From contig JAIFMY010000056.1 of assembly GCA_020048155.1 (NCBI GenBank), forward strand, positions 10,768 through 74,767: a stretch of 64,000 bases of DNA. The letters run 5' to 3'. Positions 57,534-64,000 of the stretch are shown piece after piece. The stretch comes from Bacteroidota bacterium. GTDB taxonomy: Bacteria > Bacteroidota > Bacteroidia > Bacteroidales > DYOH01. Each line of letters starts with the position of its first letter. Position 1 is the stretch's first letter. Below the pieces are notes generated by a model. It made no database searches and had not been told where the DNA came from. It saw only the letters and a list, made by a program, of their open reading frames with translations. Made by a program: the position numbers and the translations under genes.

Positions 57534-57560
57534 TAAGAATAACTGCCAATAAATATAAAA

Positions 57561-58616
57561 ATGAAAAAATCGCTTCAACTACCCGACTACGAATACACAC
57601 GTTTGCGAAAGCTCTATCGTGATGAATTCGAAAATACAATTACAAGATTAAAACAACTCGAGGAAATTCTAAGTACATTCGACGAGGAACCAAAACAAAA
57701 CAGGTATAATGAAATACCTGAAAAAGTAACCAAAGTTACCGAAGTCCTGAAAGAGAATACACCCGCTCAGTTAAAACCAGTTGCAGTTGAAAATAAACAA
57801 GAGGAACCTGCAAAAGTTGCAATAAAGAAAAAGAGGGGTAGAAAATCTAAAAAGGAGAAAGAATTAGAATTATTGGCAAAAGAAAGCGCATCGAAAGAAA
57901 CCGATGGTGAAATTAAAGAAGTCAAGAGGAGGGGACGGCCAAAAGGAAAAAAGTCTAATACTGAGACCATTAATGAGTCTCAGGTAGATTTCAGTAAATT
58001 GAATTTTCGTAAATTCATAAAAAGTAATATCTCGCGCAGAAATAAGTTTGTGGACTCAGCAGAACTTTTTAAAGCAGCTCAGGAAATATATATAAAGATG
58101 GGGCTAACACCAGACCTAATAGCAGACAAACTCAACAAAACAGTTGATTCTCTGATAAAAGCAAAGGTGCTCATAAAAACAGTGCTTAATGATTCTTTGC
58201 ATATTGGTCTGTACAGATGGGTTACTGAAGATGGAATTATACTAGTGAAGTATAATCCTTATGAATCGTTGGAAAAAGATAAGAAGAAAAACGAAGCCAA
58301 TAATTTTATCAACAACCAACCTTTAGCGCTCGATATTAAAAACGAAATTTTACACTATATCAACCATAGTCCGGTTAAAAACCAATTGGTTATAAAGAAC
58401 GAGTTTTATGATTATATTATTCAGAACAAAAAAATAATTCAAAACAACTCTGAAATTGAAACCAAAGGACTAATTGACCATGTGTTAGATTTATTGATAA
58501 GGACGGATGAAATATTTTCAATGCCACTAAAATCAGGTGATGGTGTACAATTTGGTTTAAAACACTGGTTGAAAAAAGGAAATGGTGAATTGAAATCCTA
58601 CTACATGACTCGTTAG
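57561..58616 (+). CDS. Hypothetical Lys-rich protein with two AT-hook-like motifs and a duplicated C-terminal domain
   Basis: 351 aa. KKKRGRKSKK lies at about aa 89-98 and RRGRPKGKK at about aa 123-131 (nt 57927-57947 encode RRGRPKG). Two roughly 80-aa segments share the pattern I..[FY]I...EL[FY]...D.LI...GL..W[VL]. Confidence 0.6.
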   Translation: MKKSLQLPDYEYTRLRKLYRDEFENTITRLKQLEEILSTFDEEPKQNRYNEIPEKVTKVTEVLKENTPAQLKPVAVENKQEEPAKVAIKKKRGRKSKKEKELELLAKESASKETDGEIKEVKRRGRPKGKKSNTETINESQVDFSKLNFRKFIKSNISRRNKFVDSAELFKAAQEIYIKMGLTPDLIADKLNKTVDSLIKAKVLIKTVLNDSLHIGLYRWVTEDGIILVKYNPYESLEKDKKKNEANNFINNQPLALDIKNEILHYINHSPVKNQLVIKNEFYDYIIQNKKIIQNNSEIETKGLIDHVLDLLIRTDEIFSMPLKSGDGVQFGLKHWLKKGNGELKSYYMTR

Positions 58617-58645
58617 ATTTAAAATTTTAATTTAAGATATTATTT

Positions 58646-58722
58646 TAAAAATGGTTTTTGAAAGAATTAAACTCAACTGAATGAGAATTTAGTTTAGGAA
58701 TATATATTTCAAAAACCATTTT
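58646..58722. other. Perfect 17-bp inverted repeat with a 43-nt spacer, downstream of the AT-hook gene
   Basis: AAAAATGGTTTTTGAAA (58646-58662) is the exact reverse complement of TTTCAAAAACCATTTTT (58706-58722). Confidence 0.5.
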
Positions 58723-58931
58723 TATGGTTATCAATGCAATGTAAAAATTTAATTTGCAGGAAGCATATTCATTCCAAGTATATTTAGATTGTAATAGCCT
58801 GAAATAAAAAGAAAAACAGCTTAAGAATTTTTGACCCTATACTTATTGCAAAACTTTGGGATTTGCAGCCGTCGGTATCTTTAACTCCTAAACTGTTTGT
58901 TATCTTTTAGGCAAAACCAAATATGCTATGC

Positions 58932-60182
58932 CTAGATTTTTTTTACATTGAAAGGCTGTACTTCCATATTTTCATATTCATATAACTCCAGAAAATGTCC
59001 CATTTTATCGCGTTTGGTTTTCAGATAGAGCATATTGTGCTCATTTGGCTGCACTTCTATAGGAATAACCTCGGTAATTTCAAGACCAAAACCTTCTAAA
59101 CCAACTCTTTTAACTGGGTTATTGGTCATAAGTTTCATTTTGCGAACTCCTAAACTTCTCAAAATTTGAGCTCCTAATCCATAGTCGCGCTCATCATCTT
59201 CAAACCCCAATTCAATGTTGGCTTCAATGGTATCTCTGCCTTCTTCCTGAAGTTTATATGCACGTATTTTGTTGAACAATCCTATACCACGCCCTTCTTG
59301 ATTCATATAAACAATTACTCCTCTACCCGCTTCTTCAATCATTTTCATCGATAGTTCTAGCTGCTCGCCGCAATCGCAACGCAGGCTATGAAAAATATCA
59401 CCTGTAACGCAGGAAGAATGTACACGTACCAATATGGCTTCATGCTCTTGCCAAGAACCTTTTATGAGGGCAACGTGCTCCAGTCCATTCGATTTTTGTT
59501 TGTAAGGTATTAAATCAAATTTTCCGTAAGCCGTAGGCAGTTTTACCCTTACGCCTCTTTCTATCAAACTTTCCTTTTCAATTCTGTATTTAATAAGATC
59601 TTCAATAGAAACTATTTTGAGACCAAAACGCTCTGCCACTTTTATAAGTTCTGGTAAACGTGCCATTGTACCATCTTCGTTCATTATTTCTACCAAAGCG
59701 CCTCCTGGTTTAAGGCCTGCTAAGCGGGTAAGGTCTACAGCAGCTTCAGTATGACCTGCCCTGCGCAATACGCCCTTATTTTTAGCTTTCAAAGGAAAAA
59801 CGTGTCCCGGACGAGCAAGATCTGTAGATTTAGTATTTGGCATAACCAATGCACTTATGGTTTGTGCCCTGTCAAATGCTGAGATTCCAGTACTACATCC
59901 ACTACCTATAAGGTCTACCGATACGGTAAACGGTGTATCGTGCAATGCGGTATTGCGTGTATTGCCTACCATCAGCTCTAGGTCTAGCTCTACAGCACGT
60001 TCTTCGGGTATGGCACAGCATATAAGACCACGGCCATGTGTGGCCATAAAATTTACTATTTCCGGGGTTATTAGTTCAGCTGAGACTATGAAATCCCCTT
60101 CGTTTTCTCTGTCTTCATCATCTACAACTATTACTATTTTTCCTGCTCTTATATCCTGTATTGCTTCTTCAATGGTATTCAT
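58932..60182 (-). CDS. ribBA: Bifunctional 3,4-dihydroxy-2-butanone-4-phosphate synthase / GTP cyclohydrolase II
   Basis: 416 aa. The DHBP synthase N-terminus has [10 protein letters not shown] and RAGHTEA. The GCH-II half has [18 protein letters not shown] and NQEGRGIGL. Confidence 0.95.
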   Translation of the reverse strand: MNTIEEAIQDIRAGKIVIVVDDEDRENEGDFIVSAELITPEIVNFMATHGRGLICCAIPEERAVELDLELMVGNTRNTALHDTPFTVSVDLIGSGCSTGISAFDRAQTISALVMPNTKSTDLARPGHVFPLKAKNKGVLRRAGHTEAAVDLTRLAGLKPGGALVEIMNEDGTMARLPELIKVAERFGLKIVSIEDLIKYRIEKESLIERGVRVKLPTAYGKFDLIPYKQKSNGLEHVALIKGSWQEHEAILVRVHSSCVTGDIFHSLRCDCGEQLELSMKMIEEAGRGVIVYMNQEGRGIGLFNKIRAYKLQEEGRDTIEANIELGFEDDERDYGLGAQILRSLGVRKMKLMTNNPVKRVGLEGFGLEITEVIPIEVQPNEHNMLYLKTKRDKMGHFLELYEYENMEVQPFNVKKI

Positions 60183-60196
60183 AGTTTATTTATTGT

Positions 60197-61369
60197 TTAT
60201 GATAAATTACGTTTTGTGGGCTGCCAAACATTATTTTGCACACCTTTTATATATTTAATTATGCCAAGCATCAATGCCAGATTCATGGCATAAAAATGGC
60301 TTATCGACCGCAAAAATATAATATGTATTCCAATTAACCTTAAAAGATAATCGAAAAATGGTAATACTACACTTACAAGTACTAATATAGGCAGTATTGC
60401 CAATTGTCCATTACAAACCGATATGATTGAGGTTATGATAAGGGTCAATATAAATATGGGACCTATCCACCTGAGCACCTTATGCGAAACAAAGGTAAAC
60501 AGAAGTGCAGATGACATTCTTTTTAGGCTTCGGGCAAAATAGAATAGGTTTTGCATATTGCCGGTGGCTATGCGTACTTTGCGTCGGAACTCAATCTCAG
60601 GCCGGTGGGTCGAATCTTCGTATACCAAAGCCATAGGTGCACTTACAGCTTTTTTACCCTGCAAAAGCACTTGTATACCAATGAAAAAATCATCTACCAT
60701 AAACTTTGCAGGTACTGGTATGTAATGAGTTTTTAATACTGCATAGCATGCGCCACTTGGCCCCATAAGCATCCCTTTCCACCTACCCTCATTTTGTTTT
60801 ATGACATTTTCATACTTTGTAAATACTGATTCTTGCACAGAAATGCCGTAAGGATTCATTCCAGTTTTTACCAATCTGGTATCTACAAGACCTACAGAGG
60901 TATCTTGAAATGGTTTTAGTAATTCTTCTATCACATTTTTGCCGAAAATAATATTTGCATCGGTGATGATGAGCACCTGCCCTTGAGCCAAAGTTGCCAG
61001 CGTATTTATGATATTGGCTTTTCCTTGCCGTTGTGCAAACGAAATATGCCTGATTTCAGCATACTCAAGAATCATGCGCTCTACTATGCTTTCGGTATTA
61101 TCGGTACATGCATCGGTACCTATATAAACTTCGAGTTCCATATTTTTGGGTAGGTGCCGAAAAATGCTTTTTATTTTTTTTTCTATCACCAAATCTTCAT
61201 TGTGGGCTGCAATAAGTACACTGCAACTGATAGGTACTGGACCATTGGTTGTAACAGAAATGGTATTTTCTGTACGGGCCAAAATCCAGATAAGTATGGG
61301 GTAAAGTATATAGTGGTAAAGCAACAAGCTCATAGCCACGGCAAATACAATATACACCATTGCATTCAT
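60197..61369 (-). CDS. Membrane-embedded family 2 glycosyltransferase (TM helices at both ends)
   Basis: 390 aa. The order is an N-terminal TM helix, VLIAAHNE, GTDACTDNT, ITDANIIF, MVDDFFIG, then three to four C-terminal TM helices. Confidence 0.8.
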   Translation of the reverse strand: MNAMVYIVFAVAMSLLLYHYILYPILIWILARTENTISVTTNGPVPISCSVLIAAHNEDLVIEKKIKSIFRHLPKNMELEVYIGTDACTDNTESIVERMILEYAEIRHISFAQRQGKANIINTLATLAQGQVLIITDANIIFGKNVIEELLKPFQDTSVGLVDTRLVKTGMNPYGISVQESVFTKYENVIKQNEGRWKGMLMGPSGACYAVLKTHYIPVPAKFMVDDFFIGIQVLLQGKKAVSAPMALVYEDSTHRPEIEFRRKVRIATGNMQNLFYFARSLKRMSSALLFTFVSHKVLRWIGPIFILTLIITSIISVCNGQLAILPILVLVSVVLPFFDYLLRLIGIHIIFLRSISHFYAMNLALMLGIIKYIKGVQNNVWQPTKRNLS

Positions 61370-62571
61370 TTCTTAGGTGTTGCTAAATGTATCAGAAAAT
61401 CATGAAGTTGCCCTGCCAATATCTTACTTGAAAAATTTTGAAGTGCAAAATTGTATGCATTGTTCGCAATACTTCGAGCATATTCTTCATTATGAATAAG
61501 TTGCACTACAGCATCAGCAAATTCGGAAGCTGTATTGGCTGCCATAAAATGTGTACCCGAAATTGCAGGTAAACCCTGAATGGCTTTGTCAGTAGCCACT
61601 ACAGGTTTATGATTTTTCATGGCTTCAAGTATTTTTATGCGCAAACCACTGCCAGCCTTTAGCGGAACTACTGAGATGTGGTACTTACTCAAAAAATCTT
61701 CGGCATTGGCTACCTCACCATGAAATACAACATGATGCCTGAGCAGGAATCTCTCAAAAGCTTTATCAGCATTTTTACCAGCTACATGAAATGTGACTGT
61801 GGGTACCCTTCTTTTTATTAGTGGCAAAACATCGACTACAAACCACATGAGTGCCTCAGTGTTGGGCTGCCAGTCTAAAGAACCAATGTAGTACAAACTA
61901 TTATTCTCTATACTTTTTATCCATTTTGTTTGTTCGGCAAAGCACAATGCCATAGGAAGTTGCAATATAGAGGCATTGGGTTTCAACTTTTGTATAAATT
62001 GAGCTTCGCCGGCTGCTATACAAGCATATGCATCGGCTTGTGAACACATTTTACTTTCCAGGCGGCGCAACCGCCTGGCCATGCTTTTAAAATATATTTT
62101 ATTCGAAATATATTTGTGTTGGCTTGCTTTGTTTTCCCAAATTTCATGTTCCAGATTGTGGGTACGCAATACTATTGCCGCATGAGTCCATTGCCTGAGA
62201 ATGGGAATATAGTGCATCAAAAAGACACTTTCGAGCCAAATAATGTCGGGTGCAAATGTTTCGATCTCCTTCGATATTTCTTTTTCAAAAGCGTGGCTAT
62301 GAAACCTAGAAAATACATAAGGCTCCCGCGAGAACAAATAGTTGGAAACCAAACCGAACGGATTGATTTTAAGTGAATGTTGCACCACACGCTCGTGCTC
62401 GTAGGTTTGATGGGCACCAGATAGGGGCGCTATGTATCCATTTATGCCAAGCGCCAGGGTGTGCACCTCAAAGCCACATTGCAACATGAGCTCCCGTACG
62501 GCACGTATGGCCAATATCTCACCATCGTTTGCCGGCCAAGTGGCCTTTTTTGTAATCTGTAAAATTTTCAC
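61366..62571 (-). CDS. GT-B fold glycosyltransferase (family 4-like)
   Basis: 401 aa. The C-terminal half has the typical GT4 pattern (FHVAGKN...SVVPLKAGSGLRIKILEAMKNHKPVVAT). There is a 4-nt ATGA overlap with the downstream GT2 gene. Confidence 0.8.
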   Translation of the reverse strand: MKILQITKKATWPANDGEILAIRAVRELMLQCGFEVHTLALGINGYIAPLSGAHQTYEHERVVQHSLKINPFGLVSNYLFSREPYVFSRFHSHAFEKEISKEIETFAPDIIWLESVFLMHYIPILRQWTHAAIVLRTHNLEHEIWENKASQHKYISNKIYFKSMARRLRRLESKMCSQADAYACIAAGEAQFIQKLKPNASILQLPMALCFAEQTKWIKSIENNSLYYIGSLDWQPNTEALMWFVVDVLPLIKRRVPTVTFHVAGKNADKAFERFLLRHHVVFHGEVANAEDFLSKYHISVVPLKAGSGLRIKILEAMKNHKPVVATDKAIQGLPAISGTHFMAANTASEFADAVVQLIHNEEYARSIANNAYNFALQNFSSKILAGQLHDFLIHLATPKK

Positions 62572-62592
62572 AAGTGACGGGGCAAATTTACT

Positions 62593-64000
62593 TTATTTAT
62601 TCTTTGCCTTTACGAGTGTTTTTATTTTTTCCAGATATGAGTCTACATTGAACAAAGCAGAATCTGTAGTAGCCTTGTATGTGAGGAATATACCCAATGG
62701 CAACAATACCAGCGACGAAAGCCACATTCCTTCAAAGGCTGACAACATGGCTTCGCGGGCAAATTTGAGTCCGGTAAGGGAAATAATGTAGTAGAATATG
62801 AACAACAACACAGATATCACCACGGGTAAGCCAAATCCTCCTTTTCTGATGATAGCACCAAGCGGGGCACCAATAAAAAAGAAGATGAGACAAGCTATGG
62901 AAAGTGTAAATTTCTGGTGCCAGGCAATTTTGTATTTCCGAATGGTTTTATCGTCGCGCTCAAACTTATTATTCATATCAGAAATATAATTCTGAGTAGC
63001 TTTCGCAAAATTGGACCCCCACTCCGTGATTCGCAACTGTCCGTCTACCGATGAAATATTGAATAAACTATCGTAATTGTTCACCATTTTCAGAGCTTCG
63101 GGCTGCCCCTCCGGCATATAAGTTTTTCGGGTAATGGCATATCTGGTGCGTTCTATCCATGTAGCCGGGCTTGCTGTAGTATCGTTTGCATATGCTGTAG
63201 TATCCTTCACATCCAAGCGGCGGGCATTTTTAAACATGTTGAGGGTAGAAAGGGTATTTGCAAAAAGTAAAAATTCTTTATCTAACATCCGTTCGAGAGA
63301 ATCCTCTGTAAATACCAACTGGTCTATACTCATCATTTGGTAAGTTTGTCTGAATAGCGATTCATCGGTTCTATTGAACTTAAATCCAGCCATTTCAATT
63401 ATTACCTGCTGACTTTCAAAATTATCGACCCTATGGGGAAATTTTTCTTCCTTATTTCGCTTGTCTCTTATTTCGTTATATCTTTTGCCATTAAAAAGCT
63501 TGAATATTAAAAATCGCTTGTCGGATGTAACAAATATTTGGCCTGAATCTGCTAAGGTTACGTTGTAATTGCCATAGTTTGGTGGACGATGATCATATAT
63601 TTGTACATCGTAAAGCATTTTGGTAGTAGGGTGCTTATGACCTACACGCACGGTATACCCTTCTATATCATCGTTGAAAATACCTTCTTTAATATTCAAC
63701 TCCGGGCGTTGCTGCCTGATATCGTGTAGAAGTGCTCCCATTTTGAAATTAGTAATGGGCAATACATAATTCGAAAATAAAAAGGCCATTATACTAACTA
63801 CTACACCCAATACAACCAAAGGCTGCATGATACGCTGCAGGGATATACCCGATGCTTTCATAGCTGTAAGCTCGTAGTGCTCACCCAGGTTGCCAAAAAG
63901 CATAAGCGACGATAAAAGAATAGATAGTGGGAGCGCCATAGGCACCAGATTGGTGGCGGCATATCCCATGAGCTCGCCTATAACCGACCATTCGAGCCCT
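62593..64000 (-). CDS. LptF/LptG (YjgP/YjgQ) family permease; N-terminus lies beyond the right window edge
   Basis: The frame stays open upstream of the track Met at 63969 (reads ...GLEWSVIGELM). TM segments flank a large periplasmic insert. SGISLQRIMQPLVVLGVVVSIMAFLFSNYVLP is typical of the family. Confidence 0.75.
   Translation of the reverse strand, partial: GLEWSVIGELMGYAATNLVPMALPLSILLSSLMLFGNLGEHYELTAMKASGISLQRIMQPLVVLGVVVSIMAFLFSNYVLPITNFKMGALLHDIRQQRPELNIKEGIFNDDIEGYTVRVGHKHPTTKMLYDVQIYDHRPPNYGNYNVTLADSGQIFVTSDKRFLIFKLFNGKRYNEIRDKRNKEEKFPHRVDNFESQQVIIEMAGFKFNRTDESLFRQTYQMMSIDQLVFTEDSLERMLDKEFLLFANTLSTLNMFKNARRLDVKDTTAYANDTTASPATWIERTRYAITRKTYMPEGQPEALKMVNNYDSLFNISSVDGQLRITEWGSNFAKATQNYISDMNNKFERDDKTIRKYKIAWHQKFTLSIACLIFFFIGAPLGAIIRKGGFGLPVVISVLLFIFYYIISLTGLKFAREAMLSAFEGMWLSSLVLLPLGIFLTYKATTDSALFNVDSYLEKIKTLVKAKNK

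Noticed and set aside
60183-60196. Expected FMN riboswitch upstream of ribBA
   Set aside because: Only 14 nt separate ribBA from the preceding GT2 stop codon, so there is no room for the roughly 140-nt aptamer. I saw nothing FMN-like elsewhere in the window by eye.
60197-61369. Q-N-E-G-R-W string in the GT2 as the QxxRW hallmark of processive synthases
   Set aside because: It lies upstream of the DDF acidic motif rather than after it. The position where QxxRW normally sits reads FRRKVRIATG instead. Processivity therefore cannot be claimed from this motif.
1-64000. CRISPR arrays, transposases, integrases, prophage genes, rRNA, tmRNA and large tandem DNA repeats
   Set aside because: I scanned the intergenic regions and the ORF list. 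There are no regularly spaced direct repeats, no DDE, tyrosine or serine recombinase motifs, and no phage structural genes. The only repetitive DNA is the intragenic repeat coding (TPR, MORN, Ig-like) and the small REP-like element at 3951-4050.

Overview
AT-rich chromosomal segment that looks like Bacteroidota. Evidence for the phylum: TTTG / TAnnTTTG promoter motifs, a large LptD-type outer-membrane protein, a DUF3078 barrel, a SPOR-tagged amidase, and histidine kinases with N-terminal TPR arrays. I count about 46 protein genes and one tRNA-Val(UAC), plus several hairpin terminators, some serving convergent genes. I saw no transposase, integrase, phage gene, CRISPR array or rRNA. Most of the window is core housekeeping (zapA, rny, folC, recG, recQ, ppa, ribBA, ABC-F ATPase, cobB-type sirtuin, PhoH/PIN ATPase) or envelope biogenesis (M23 peptidase, lptD-like, amidase, mlaD, lptF/G-like, four glycosyltransferases). 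I found no complete novel multi-gene system that I can defend from sequence alone. Five loci deserve a second look. (1) A hand-foldable, roughly 200-nt rod-shaped RNA ending in a terminator lies between zapA and rny, in a 6S-like position. (2) On the minus strand at 35.8-41.1 kb sit two tandem secreted cysteine proteases (papain C1 + DUF4384-like domain; MORN + caspase C14). Next to them is a single polypeptide fusing two SiaB-like kinase modules to a SiaC/DUF1987 domain, and a stand-alone 40-residue-period TPR protein lies alongside. (3) Two tandem hybrid histidine kinases have no DNA-binding output. They are followed by a 0.5-kb strand-asymmetric non-coding region and an AT-hook protein with a duplicated C-terminal domain. 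(4) An orphan fused LeuC/LeuD-type aconitase-family gene. (5) An lptF/G-GT4-GT2-ribBA minus-strand gene string. All functional calls come from motif recognition by eye, and all RNA structures are hand-folded. No database search was run.
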